Source: Leidyana gryllorum EB-2025a (lineage: Eukaryota; Protista; Apicomplexa). From it: a DNA stretch of 39,459 nt. The stretch covers positions 1 through 39,459 of the forward strand of contig JBLWGC010000172.1 of NCBI GenBank assembly GCA_048772705.1, written 5' to 3'. Both the position numbers and the translations under genes were made by a program. Below the pieces are notes generated by a model. It saw only the letters and a list, made by a program, of their open reading frames with translations, was not told the DNA's origin and did no database searches. The first letter of the stretch is position 1. Each line of letters begins with the position of its first letter. Shown in pieces: positions 10,199 through 21,965 of the stretch.

Positions 10199-10280
10199 GG
10201 CAACTTGCCCGAGTGGTTAAGGGGGTAGACTAGAAATCTACTGGGCCTGGCCCGCGCTGGTTCAAATCCAGCAGTTGTCG
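10199..10280 (+). tRNA. tRNA-Ser(AGA)
   Basis: GTAGA-CT AGA AA-TCTAC; fully paired stems. Confidence 0.94.
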
Positions 10281-10401
10281 TGTGCTGCGATCATCGTAGT
10301 AGGCGGCTGGGCTCAAAACACCAGCAATAAATGCTAGAGATTGCAGTGGCGACGCAGAGGCATCAAATAAGTGAATAGGTGCCATCTGTCGTCGCAGAAG
10401 T

Positions 10402-10475
10402 GGTCGCGTAGCTCAGTCGGTTAGAGCGTGAGCCTAATAAGCTCAAGGTCCCCGGTTCGAGCCCGGGCGTGACCA
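10402..10475 (+). tRNA. tRNA-Ile(AAT); variant copy 32444-32517(-)
   Basis: GGTCGCG...TGAGC-CT AAT AA-GCTCA...CGTGACC-A. Confidence 0.94.
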
Positions 10476-11528
10476 AGTCAGTGGATCTCTGATAAAGAGT
10501 CGGCCTGGACTCGAGCAAGCCCCAACATTCTGCGACCAATACGGAAGGAACTTGTTACCAGGTCCGCACTTCCCTGCCGCGCCAGCTCCGTCGGTAAAGC
10601 GCAAGACTTTCAATGGAGAGACCGCAGATTCGGGCAGCGCTACCAGTCCGAGTCAAGCTTGCTGAACCGTATGTGAAGCCACTGGCCGCTAAATGCCGAG
10701 TTCGACAGGTGGCAACTTGCCCGAGTGCTTAAGGGGGTAGAGTAGAAATATACTGGGCCTGGCCCACGCTGGTTCAAATCTAGCAGTTGTCGTGCGATGT
10801 GATCGGAGGGGTCAAACACCAACTTACATGAATTCCTGGAATGGTGGAAAAACAACCATGTGTCCTCTGCATCTGCCGGGAATCGAACCCGGGTCGTCTC
10901 GATGGCAACGAGACATTCTACCACTAGACCACAGATGCATAATCCAGCGTTGAGCTAGTCGCCCGCTGTCCAGACTTCATAGCATTCCGTGGTTTTTGAC
11001 TTAGTACGCATGACAAGCGTGAGATTAGAGCCCACGCGATTTAGAAGTGCGGCCTGAACACAGCGCTTCAGACCACCCGCCCATGCTGCCGGAGTGTTGT
11101 TGGCTCGCCGCTCGACGCGTTTGGTGTCCGTGGAATCTCAAAATGGAAGAACTTCTGGGGTTGCAGGCCGGCGTATCCAGAGCGTCCGAGATAGTATAGC
11201 GCTTAGTATTTCCGCTTATTACGCGGAAGACCAGGGTGGATTCCCGGTCTCGGAGCAGTTCCAGCCCCTCACAACTGCTGCAACTCAGATTTTGTCTCAG
11301 CTGGTCTGGACTTCATCCGGGATTATACGAGTGGGAGCCGCGTATGGTAGCCGACCTTGGAGAGACGTGGCATTCAGTCAACAACTATCAGACGGGCTCT
11401 TCTGGGAATCGAACACAGGCCTTCTTCCACCCGAAAGAAGAATCATACCACTAGACCAAACAGCCGCCTGTCGGTCGTGCAAACCGCTGAGGACACTTGA
11501 GATAGTGACACCAAATGTCACAACTCTC

Positions 11529-11601
11529 TGCCCCGGCCGTGGATCGAACACGGGACTTCCAGAGCTTCAGTCTGGCGCTCTCCCAACTGAGCTACCGAGG
11601 C
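11529..11601 (-). tRNA. tRNA-Phe(GAA), single recognised copy
   Basis: GCCTCGG...CCAGA-CT GAA GC-TCTGG...CCGGGGC-A. Confidence 0.9.
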
Positions 11602-11720
11602 GGTAGGTAGTCACGGAAGGCGATGAAAATAAGCACTTACCGCGGCCTAGCGGACAGCTGGAGTCCACTCTTCTCAGGTGGCGCCCCATACGAGTTAGCC
11701 GGCGCTTCCGATGCCGACCG

Positions 11721-11793
11721 TGGGAGTGGGGAGGATTGAACTCTCGACTTCAGGATTATGAGACCTAGGCGCTACCGACTGCGCTACACTCCC
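11721..11793 (-). tRNA. Elongator tRNA-Met(CAT), some mismatches; degenerate copy ~13872-13946
   Basis: GGGAGTG...loop CT CAT AA...CACTCCC-A, normal TTC T-loop. Confidence 0.75.
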
Positions 11794-12392
11794 TCGTGAA
11801 ACTTCTCTCGATGCATCTCCTCCTGTCAAAAGGGTGCAGGGGATGCTCCATCAACAACACACCCGCCCAGTTGGGCCGGCGCTTGACCGCGAACTTGGAA
11901 CTTATCAGGCTCACCCTTTAAGTGACCGAAAATAGGCAGAGTTGAGGTAAACACTCACTGGACCAACTAGCCGACTGATGTGCTCCGCAAAAGCACCACG
12001 ATTGGCCTTCCTCCACCCTCCCAAACAGTCATTCCAGAGCCAAATACTGACATTTAGAAGGGGCTATACCCACATCACTAACAGTTTGCACGGGGTTCCC
12101 GACGAAAGGTGTGATCAGTAACACTCTTGGCAAGGTGGCCGAGTGGTTAAGGCGGCGGCCAGCTAAGCCGTTGGGTGTCACCCGCGTGAGTTCGAAATTC
12201 ACCCTTCACGGTAGCATTCGCGAAGAGCGCAATTGCTTCAATGATTGAAGTGAGCATTCTGTCCGCCTCAAATCCAACGCTCTACCACCTAAAATATTTC
12301 CAGAGGTCAGTAGAGAGACCCGTGTTGCGTGTATCCAGTTGAGGAAGCGCTAGTCCGGATGATTCTACCGACTCTTTTGGGTGGGCTGAACC

Positions 12393-12464
12393 GGTTGCCT
12401 GGTGTAGTGGTTAGCACTGGGGACTCTGAATCTCCCGACCTGGGTTCGATTCCCGGCGCGACCT
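12393..12464 (+). tRNA. tRNA-Gln(CTG); copy 29781-29852
   Basis: GGTTGC...GGGGA-CT CTG AA-TCTCC...GCGACC-T. Confidence 0.85.
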
Positions 12465-12653
12465 TGGAACTGGTCCTCACTACTCCCTGAAACTTCGCCA
12501 CTTCTCTTGGGCTGCGGGGACCATTCATGCAGCCACGGTCTAGTGGTTACGACGTCTGCTTACCACGCAGAAGGTCCCGAGTTCGATCATCGGTGGCTGT
12601 AACACGCATCGTTCAGGTGAGCATCACGAAATCTAAAGCGGAAGACGATCTAT

Positions 12654-12725
12654 CTCCGAGACCGGGAATCGAACCCGGGTCTTCCGCGTGACAGGCGGAA
12701 ATACTAACCACTATACTATCTCGGA
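12654..12725 (-). tRNA. tRNA-Asp(GTC); intact copies 16517-16588(-), 30045-30116(-); variant 21048-21119(+)
   Basis: TCCGAGA...TCCGC-CT GTC AC-GCGGA...TCTCGGA-G. Confidence 0.95.
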
Positions 12726-13435
12726 CGCCCTGAACACGCCGGCCTCCAACCCCAGAAGTCCTGCTATTTTGGCTCAAGGACAAAAAAGCGTGGAGCGACG
12801 AGCCAACAACGGTGCGGCAAGATAGCCGAGTGGTCTAGGGCGCTGTGTTCAGGCCGCAGTTCGGAAGGCCGTGGGTTTGAATCCCACCCTAGTCAGCCGT
12901 TGCATCGACACTCGGCCAGCCGCTGGATGGTCGGTACCCAGGTCGTCAATCTCACCGGAACTCGAGTCTGGCACCTCGGAGCACCCGGATCTGCTTCCAC
13001 AGAGAGGAAACGCTTGGTTGGCGGCAATTCACCGAGCTGGCAACATGGGCGAGTGGTCTGAAGGCACTGTGTGCATGCCGCAGTCCGAAAAGGCGTTGGT
13101 TGGAATCCCGCGCTTGTCAAGTATTGTATTGGACTCAGTCCCCTCACTTGACTGATAGACAGGTCGTTCGACCTACATACTGCTGCACCTGCCGGGACTC
13201 TAACCCGGGTCACGACCTTGGAAGGGTCGCATCTTACCCTTAGACCACAAGTGCAATTGCGGAAGAGCTGCAGCAGCCAAAGAGACTCGAGCGGTTGAGC
13301 TGTCTGCAACCTACTCCAAAACGGACTTTTTGGGAGTTGAATCGAGCACTTCTCCGCGAAGGAACATCATACCACTAGCATTTCAACTCGACATGCGGGG
13401 CAGTGGCTCCTCATACGGCTAACAAGCTTGCCTCG

Positions 13436-13508
13436 CACCGCCCGCGGGGCTCGAACCCGCGACTGCAAGATTAAAAGTCTTGCGCTCTACCAACTGAGCT
13501 AGGGCGGC
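13436..13508 (-). tRNA. tRNA-Lys(TTT)
   Basis: Lys body, loop CT TTT AA. Confidence 0.92.
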
Positions 13509-13635
13509 AAGGAAGCTCTAAGCTTAGTTACACCCTATTTACCGTTGGGTGGAGCAGTGGAAGTCATTGAACCGGTGCAATGTGCTCCAGTAACTTCAGT
13601 CAATAGGGACTGATGCGTGATCTCCAGCTAACATT

Positions 13636-13707
13636 GCCTTCTTAGCTTAGGGGCAGAGCATTCGCTTAGTAAGCGAAAGGTCGCCGGTTCGATTCCGGCA
13701 GAAGGCT
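13636..13707 (+). tRNA. tRNA-Thr(AGT); intact copy 21753-21824(-), many variants
   Basis: GCCTTCT...TTCGC-TT AGT AA-GCGAA...AGAAGGC-T. Confidence 0.95.
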
Positions 13708-14571
13708 TTGATGCATCGATAGGCTTATAAGAAATGGCTGTCACCACGTACAAGATTGAACAGGGTCCTGTTCTGTATCTTCTCTCGCTACCATCGAGAT
13801 AACCCGTGTCCGATTCCCGACAGATGCAAAACGATAGCATGATGAGTTTGTCGGCGGTTCCGATTCCGACCCTGGGAATGGAGAGGACCGAACTCTCGAC
13901 TTCAGGATTATGAGACCTACGCGCCACCGACCGCGCTACACTTCCCCTCCGACTTTTTCCGAAGAATTACCCACAAGCATGCTGCCAGCCAGGTTGGGTC
14001 AAGATACAACAAACCGGGCTGTTCTGGGATTCGAGCCCAGGACTTCTTCCACCCGAAGGACGAATCATACCACTAGACCAAACAGCCGACAACCCACCAT
14101 CCCGGTACAGCCCCCAGTACTGTGGAATCAGTCGGCACAGCACGCGTTTCGGCTCCCTCTTTCATGTTGGACACTGAGCAGCGTGGCTCAGTTGGAGAGT
14201 GTTGGGCTCATGACAGGAATGTCCGTCGGTCGAAACGACGCACTGCTAAGCGTCAGCAGGAGGACACACTTATAGAAATGATACAGGCGTCTTTTTGATT
14301 GAAGAGCTCCCCGATCTGGCTATCAACCGCTACACGTTTGGCGTGCAAAGTCACCTCTCTACCACTTGAAATAGCCGCCAACCCGCCAAACCCAACTGAA
14401 CTTTCCCCGACTCGGTTCCTCAACAGTGGCACTTCGAGCTCTCAAGCTCAACACTGCGGCACAGATCGCGGGGTGGTCGGAGATGCCAAACTCGAATTTG
14501 GATCGAGTAAGTCTGCATGGCTCGGAATGTCAGCCACTCTTGTCGATTCCGCTGTAGAGCGAGACCACGAG

Positions 14572-14644
14572 AATGGTGGGCGGGACTCAAACCCACAACC
14601 TTTGCCTCCGGAGGGCAACACGCTATCCATTGCGCCACCACCGC
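14572..14644 (-). pseudogene. tRNA-Arg(CCG), degenerate
   Basis: TTGCC-CT CCG GA-GGCAA; Arg-type D loop AATGGATA; broken acceptor and T stems. Confidence 0.7.
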
Positions 14645-15168
14645 ACAATCCACAGCCTCACTGTCTGCGACCCCTGAGTCGGTGATATCGCCTGGCCCCG
14701 CTGGTTCGATTCAGCAGTTGTCAAGTGGACGTAGTAGGCGGACTTCGAAAGACTCCTTACCTTATTTGAGACACGGGTATCAACTCTGCTAGACCCTCGT
14801 CAGAGCCTAGCAAAGAGCTGTTCTGGGAATCGAACCCAGGACTCCTTCCACCCTAAGGAAGGATCATACCACTAGACCAAACAGCCGACTGGTCGGTGGT
14901 GCAAATTGCTGGTAGAGTCGGGACACTGGTCATAATATGTCAAGAACCACTAAATGCTATGGTGTCTGCAAAGCGGGCCACTAGCTCAAATGACATAGCA
15001 CTCGCTTAACATGCGAGAGATACTGGGATCGATGCCCAGGTCGTCCAAGCCTCTAACGGCTGCACCCGCGGTATATGAAAACAGAGTCACGACCGAAGGG
15101 AGTTGATGCCCGATCACATCGCACGACAACTGCTGGATTTGAACCAGCGCGGGCCCGGCCCAGTAGAG

Positions 15169-16155
15169 TTCGAGTCTACCCCCTTAACCACTCGGGCAAG
15201 TTGCCGCTGTCGAACTTGGCATTTTGCGGCCAGTGGCTTCACATACGGTTCAGCGAGCTTTACTAGGACTGCTCGCGCCGCCCGAACCCGCGGTTCTCCC
15301 TTCAAAAGTCTTGTGCTCTACGACGGAGTTGGGGCGGCAAGAAAGCTCGCCCCGTACCCGAGGAAGGCCCAAGATTCCACGATCAATACAAATGGAATTG
15401 GTTACTAAGTCCGAATCTGTATCAGAGATCCACTCACTTGATCACGCCGACATACCATGTTTTCCAAGACGGTACGGCTCTCGGCCGAAGCCTAAACTCG
15501 AGCACTTGTCCACTGTAGTCTAAGTGGCTAGGATATGCGGCTTTCACCCGCACGATCCGGGTTCAAGTCCCGGCAGTGGAAGTCATTAGAGTACTCGATC
15601 AAAGTGCTCTGATAACTTGCGTAAATAGGGACTGATGCGTGATTCCCGGCTTGCATTGCCTTCGAGTCTACCCCCTTAACCACTCGGGCAAGTTGCCGCT
15701 GTCGAACTTGGCATTTTGCGGCCAGTGGCTTCACATACGGTTCAGCGAGCTTTACTAGGACTGCTCGGGCCGCCCAAACCCGCGGATCTCCCTTCAAAAG
15801 TCTTGCGCTCTACTGACGGAGTTGGGGCGGCAAGGAAGCTCGCCCCGTACCCGAGGAAGGCCCAATATTCCACGATCAATACAAATGGAATTGGTTACTA
15901 AGTCCGAATCTGTATCAGAGATCCACTCACTTGATCACGCCAACATACCATGTTTTCCAAGACGGTACGGCTCTCGGCCGAAGCCCCAACTCAACCACTC
16001 GTCCACTGTAGTCTAAGTGGCTAGGATATGCGGCTTTCACCCGCACGATCCGGGTTCCGGTCCCGGCAGTGGAAGTCATTGAACTACTCTAGCAAAGTGC
16101 TCCACTAATCTCCGTCAATAGCGATTGTTTCGTCATCTCCGGCTTCCATTGCCTT
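15169..16155 (+). repeat. Tandem duplication, unit ~492 bp (partial Ser, fossil Lys, Glu-TTC)
   Basis: TTCGAGTCTACCCCCTTAACC starts at both 15169 and 15661. Confidence 0.9.
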
Positions 16156-16222
16156 CTTAGTTTAGGGGCAGAGCGTTCGCTTCGTAAGCGAGAAGTCGCC
16201 GGTTCGATTCCGGCTGAAGGCT
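16151..16222 (+). pseudogene. tRNA-Thr(CGT), several mismatches
   Basis: Thr body, loop TT CGT AA. Confidence 0.75.
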
Positions 16223-16682
16223 CGACTGGGTACCGGCAAGCTGCTCGCAAACTCCAATAATCGTAGCTCAGCCATCAGAGGTAAGTCTCTCAGCCACGAA
16301 GTCGCAGGTTTGGAACCTGCCAGTACCTGAGGCACCCACAGGGGGCTGTTTGGTCTAGTTATATGATTCTTTCTTCGGCTGGAAGAAGTCCTGGGTTCAA
16401 TGCCACGTTTCTCCAAGGTCGGCTACTATACGCGGCTCCCACTCGTACAATCCCGAATGAAGTCCAGACCAGCTGAGACAAAATCTGAGTTGCACCAGTT
16501 GTGAGGGCTGGAACTGCTCCGAGACCGGGAATCGAACCCGGGTCTTCCGCGTGACAGGCGGAAATACTAACCACTATACTATCTCGGACCTAGTAGAGAT
16601 GCCGGCCTCCAACCCCAGAACTCCTCGCATTTTGAGATTTCACGGACAGGAAACGGGTGGAACGGCGAGCCAAAAACACTCC

Positions 16683-16762
16683 GGCAAGATGGGCGAGTGG
16701 TCTAAGGCGCTGTGTTAAGGCCGCAGTCCGAAAGGGCGTGGGTTCGAATCCCACTCTTGTCA
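16683..16762 (+). tRNA. tRNA-Leu(AAG); copy 29323-29402(-)
   Basis: Leu body, loop TT AAG GC. Confidence 0.9.
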
Positions 16763-16820
16763 GCCGTTGTATGGGCGCTTGGTCACCCACTGGATGCAAT
16801 AGCTTCTCATCTGTGCGCCT

Positions 16821-16893
16821 GGGCGGCTAGCTCAGGTGGTAGAGCGCTCGCTTTGCATGCGAGAGGTACTGGGATCGATACCCAGGTCGTCCA
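16821..16893 (+). tRNA. tRNA-Ala(TGC); copy 30354-30426
   Basis: CTCGC-TT TGC AT-GCGAG. Confidence 0.92.
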
Positions 16894-16921
16894 AACTCAG
16901 TAGGGCGGCACCTGGCGGTAA

Positions 16922-16981
16922 TTAAGTACAGAGTTGCGACCTCTGACAGAAGTTAAGTACAGAGTTGCGACCTCTGACAGA
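16922..16981 (+). repeat. Short tandem duplication, period 31 bp
   Basis: TTAAGTACAGAGTTGCGACCTCTGACAGA at 16922 and 16953; single copy in the paralogous site near 30455. Confidence 0.9.
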
Positions 16982-17377
16982 GAGTCGGGTGCCGCAGTTC
17001 CTGGTACTGCCAGGCTTCGAAACTGCGACTTTGTGGTGAACAGCTACACGCTTTGCCGACTGAGCTACAAGACCCAGTTGCAATTTCTTTTAAGCGAGAA
17101 AAATCATACCTTCAGACCAAACAGCGTCCTGGTCGGCCTGCCCGGCTAGGGCACTGAAAGGTGTCAAATGCTGGAGTACTCGGCGGTCGCGTTCGGCTGT
17201 CATTGGATTGATTTGCTCCCCGAGGGGATCGAACCCTCGACCTTCGGCACATAAGGCCGATGCTCTAACCAGCTGAGCTAGGGGAGCTATCACCGCCGTT
17301 CCACCGCGTAACTCACATTCAATTCTATCTCAGGCAAGGGAAGCCGTTTGCACGCTGAAACGCAGAAGGGAAGTAAC

Positions 17378-17461
17378 GCACAGATGCCCGAGTGGTCTAA
17401 GGGGCCAGACTCAAGTTCTGGTAGGCGCAAGTCTGCATGGGTTCGAATCCCATTCTGTGCA
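17378..17461 (+). tRNA. tRNA-Leu(CAA), intronless
   Basis: GCACAGA...CCAGA-CT CAA GT-TCTGG, long variable arm, TCTGTGC-A. Confidence 0.94.
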
Positions 17462-18196
17462 ACGGCGATCATTACCAAAAATAGGCTGGAAAAGGCCACA
17501 GTAGATTCGAGTCTCCATCCGTATATCCGGTTGCATGCACCGAAGTATTCGGCTGTTGTTCTGGATCCTTCCTTGGGGTGGAAGGAGTCCTGGGTTCGAT
17601 TCCCAGAACAGCCCTCTTGGTCGTCGGTTGACCCGACGGGACAAGTTGCCCCCAGAACCAACACAGCATTTCATTAGCCCACTTCGGTAGGGCAGTCAGG
17701 GCAACTAACATCTGGAGAATTGCATTTCGGCTATTTCTTCCATGTTGCAGACTGAGCAGTGTAGCTCAGTGAAAAGTGTTGAGCTCATAATCCAAAGGTC
17801 CGTCGATCGAAACGACGCACTGTTAAGTGTGCGCAGAAGGGGAACCGTTATAGAATAGATTGCCTCGCGAGCAAAGCCTTCTGCCGGAAACGAACCGGCG
17901 ACCTTTCGCTTACTAAGCGAATGCTCTGCCCCTAAGCTAAGAAGGCAATGCAGGCCGAAGATCACGAATCAGTGACTATTGACGGGGATTACTGGAGCAC
18001 TTTGCTCCAGTAGCTTCCACTGCCGGGACTTGAACCCGGATCGTGCGGGTGAGAGCCGCATATCCTAACCACTTAGACTACAGTGGACAAGTGCCCGAGT
18101 TGAGGCTTTGGACGAGAGCTGTACCGTCTTGAGATGAGCGTCGTCGGATACGTGTGTCCAAAGACACACGCCCCTTTCACAGCCCGGAAGGTCCGT

Positions 18197-18269
18197 GCAG
18201 CCATGGTCTAGTGGTTACGACGTCTGCTTCACACGCAGAAGGTCCCGAGTTCGATCCTCGGTGGCTGTA
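18197..18269 (+). tRNA. tRNA-Val(CAC); copies 29916-29988(+), 29589-29661(-)
   Basis: GCAGCCA...TCTGC-TT CAC AC-GCAGA...TGGCTGT-A. Confidence 0.94.
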
Positions 18270-18627
18270 GCTCGCAACTTCCAGCGGCAACCAAAGGAGA
18301 CAATTTTGAGCCTAACCAACTGTGCTCCGAGACCGGGAATCGAACCCGAGTCTTCCGCATGACAGGCGGAAATACTAACCACCATACTATCTCGGACGCT
18401 CGTGAATACCCCGGCCCCCAACCCCGGAAGACCTTCCATTTTGAGATTCCAAGTACAGGAAACGCGTGGAAGGGCGAGCCAACAACATCCCGGAAAGGTG
18501 GCCTAGTGGTCTCAAACGCTGTGTTCAGGCCGCAGTCCGAAAGGGCGTGGGTTCGAATCCCACTCTTGTCAGCCGTTGTAGTCAGGACAACCTGCGACTG
18601 GATCCCAGCACTGCCCGCCGTGCACAT

Positions 18628-18906
18628 AACACCCGGCTAACTTTCGTCGATACAACTGACACATGATTCTCCAGCTAAGTTGCCTTCTTAGCTTAGGGGC
18701 AGAGCATTCGCTTAGTAAGCGGAAGATCTCCGGTTCGATTCCGGCAGAAGGCTTCGCTCACGACCCAACACCTGGCTAACTTTCGTCGATACAACTGACA
18801 CATGATTCTCCAGCTAAGTTGCCTTCTTAGCTTAGGGGCAGAGCATTCGCTTAGTAAGCGGAAGATCTCCGGTTCGATTCCGGCAGAAGGCTTCGCTCAC
18901 GACCCA
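18628..18906 (+). repeat. 139-bp tandem duplication, each unit with a variant tRNA-Thr(AGT) (18682-18753, 18821-18892)
   Basis: Near-identical units start at 18628 and 18767. Confidence 0.93.
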
Positions 18907-20347
18907 ATCAATTCTATAACCTCTTGCGCACACTTAGCAGTGCGTCGTTTCGATCGACGGACCTTTGGGTTATGAGCCCAACACTCTTCCACTGAGCTAC
19001 ACTGCTCAGTCTGCAACATGGAAGAGGGAGCCGAAATGCGATTCCTGAGATGTTAATTGCCTTGAGTGCCGAAGTGGGCTAACGAGGAGGCTGTGTTGGT
19101 TCTGAGAACTGCTCATCCCATCGGGTCAACCGACAACCAAGAGGGCTGTTCTGGGAATCGAACCCAGGACTCCTTCCACCCTAAGGAAAGATCATACCAC
19201 TAGACCAAACAGCCGGCTAGCCGGTGGTTCAACCCGCTGGGTACAGTCGAGAGACTCGTCTCACTATGTGAAGTATTACTCAATCCCATGAGGTGGGCAC
19301 AGAGGGAGGCTAGCCCAGATGATGAAACGGTGGCTTAGTATGCGAAAGGTTTTGGGATCGATTCCCAGCCCATCCAAGCTACATAGATGGAACCCTCGCC
19401 GGAGTAGTCTAGTTGGCCTATCAACGCTGCCATCAGGTTGAGTAGTAGTTTGCCGATCACCCCTCTACTTCCGGTGGGACGGAATCGGACTGCCGACTAT
19501 CTGATGCCAGCACTACAGTCAGATGCTCCACCAACTGAGCTACCCCCGGCCGTCCAACTGCTCCGGGGTTCGAAAGGCTCAACCTCAGACCCTCAACAGT
19601 GGCGCTCTCAAGCTCAGAAGTACGGCACGGATTTGGGGGTGGTCGAAGGTGCCAGACTCGAGTTCCGGTAAGATTGCACGACCTGCGGTGTACCGCCCCG
19701 AAGTACTCTCACGGCCCGCGGTGCTTACATTACAACCCATCTGATTGTAGTGGTGGCATCAGATATTCGACGGGTAAATGCCGTCCCACCGGGAGTTGAG
19801 GAGTGGACTTCTTACAACGTAATTCGTCTGAGGCTCCTGTTCCATTCCCTACTCCGGCCTTCAACCCTAAAAGTCTGTGGCTGTTAACCACAAACCCGCC
19901 GGTCCGAAACCTGCGAGGACCGGTTTTAGAGGCACCCTAGACACTGACTGCGCTGCTCTCCCTATGGCACTTGTGGTCTGCGACCCTTCAAAGATGTAAG
20001 GTTGGGTTTGGCTCCCGCCACGTACAGCCGTAGCGTACTTTGGACGACCTGGGCATCGATCCCAGTACCTCTCGCGTGCTAAGCGAGCGCTCTACCATTT
20101 GAGCTAGTCGCCCATTGAGCAAACCCCAGTACATCCAGTTCTTTTTTACATGGTATGACCAGTCTCTCCACTTTGCACAAACGAAGCCACGCAGGAAACG
20201 GCTGGAGGGACCCGAATCCTCATTCGCTTTAGGAGGGCAACGCGCTATGCATTGCGGCACAACCGCATTCGCAACCCATCCACCGAGCTGCCCGAAGCTG
20301 TCTCCTCTTACACCCAACTAGTATCGAGATGACCGAAGCTTGTCTAT

Positions 20348-20420
20348 GGTGCGGTGGCCTAATGGATAGGGCATCGGTCTACGGAACCGGGGATTCTGGG
20401 TTCGAGTCCCATTAGCGTCT
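20348..20420 (+). pseudogene. Chimeric tRNA-Arg(ACG)
   Basis: 5' acceptor strand GGTGCGG does not match 3' TAGCGTC; same 5' end and flank seen as a fragment at ~34130-34175(-). Confidence 0.7.
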
Positions 20421-21229
20421 GGACGAATGGCCGGGTTGCAGCCTGTTGAGTGCCGTGTTGCGTCAACAACTATCAGACAGGCTGTCCTGGGAATCGAACC
20501 CAGGACTCCTTCCACCCTAAGGAAGGATCATACCACTAGACCAAACAGCCGCCTAGCCGGTGGTTTAACCCGCTGGGTACAGTCGAGAGACTCGTCTCAC
20601 TATGTGAAGTATCACTCAATGCCATGAGGTAGGCACAGTGGGAGGCTAGCCCAGATGATGAAACGGTGGCTTAGTGTACGAAAGGTTCTGGGATTGATTC
20701 CCAGCCCATCCGGACTACATAGATGGAACCCTCGCCGGAGTAGTCTAGTTGGCCTATCAACGCTGTCTGCCAAAACCATCCGGTGGGACGGAACCGAACC
20801 GCCGACTATCTGATGCCAGCACTACAGTCAGATGCTCTACCAACTGAGCTTTCCCCGGCTGTCCAACTGCTCCGGGGTTCGAAAGGCTTAACCCCAGATC
20901 CTCGCCCTCTCGGACTGCAGTCTGAGCACAGCGTCTTGGGCAACTCGGCCATCTTGCCGGCATGTTGTTGGCTCGCCGCTCCACGCGTTTGCTTGACATC
21001 TCAAAATGGAAGGACTTTTGGGGTTGGAGGGCGGCGTGTTCAGAGCGTCCGAGATAGTATAGTGGTTAGTATTTCCGCCTGTCACTCGGAAGATCCGGGT
21101 TCGATTCCCGGTCTCGGAGCAGTTCCAGCCCCTCACAACTGCTGCAACTCAGATTTTGTCTCCGCTGGTCTGGACTTCATCCGGGATCATACGACCTTGG
21201 AGAGACGTGGCATTTAGTCAACAACTATT

Positions 21230-21965
21230 AGACGGGCTGTTCTGGGAGTCGAACACAGGCCTTCTTCCACCCGAAGGAAGAATCATACCACTAGACCAAC
21301 CAGCCGCCTGTCGGTCGTGAAACCCGCTGAACACAGTCGAGAGAGTGGTCATACGATGTTGAGAACAAAAAAATGCGATGGAGTCTGCACAATGGGCGAC
21401 TAGCTCAAATGGTAGAGCGCTCGCTTAGCATGCGAGAGGTACTGGGATCGATGCCCAGGTCGTCCAAACTTCGTAGTTTTCAACTGCCGGTATTTTTACG
21501 ACCTTGGAAGGGTCCAAGAGCACAAGTGCCGTCTAGAGAGTACGGTGCCGCAGAACCCGGTCCTGGTAGGTTTCGAACCTGCGACTTTGTGGTTAACAGC
21601 CACACGCTCTGCTGACTGAGCTACCAGACCCAGTGACATTCTTTCAGAGGTTAGCAGAGAGATCCTTCATCTTCCACCGAAGAATTTTGCAGCCCTCTCA
21701 GGTCGTTATCGAGACCTGAGAGACCAGCCAGAAAAGCTTGAGCTCGTGAGCAAGCCTTCTGCCGGAATCGAACCGGCGACCTTTCGCTTACTAAGCGAAT
21801 GCTCTGCCCCTAAGCTAAGAAGGCAATACAAGCCGAAGATCACGAATCAGTTACTATTGACGGGGATTACTGGAGCACTTTGCTCGAGTAACTTCCACTG
21901 CCGGGACTTGAACCCGGATCGTGCGGGTGAAAGCCGCATATCCTAGCCACTTAGACTACAGTGAA
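21230..21965. repeat. Pro-Ala-Asn-Thr-Glu module, inverted copy at ~34185-34925 (abutting IR1 right arm)
   Basis: Thr 21753-21824(-) vs ~34328-34399(+); mirrored ORFs 21746..21946 and 34206..34406. Confidence 0.88.

Noticed and set aside
19680-19870. Arithmetic centre of IR1 (19774) as a palindrome axis
   Set aside because: The sequence is not self-complementary here; it holds only a decayed Tyr copy, and the 30 kb core is not symmetric about this point
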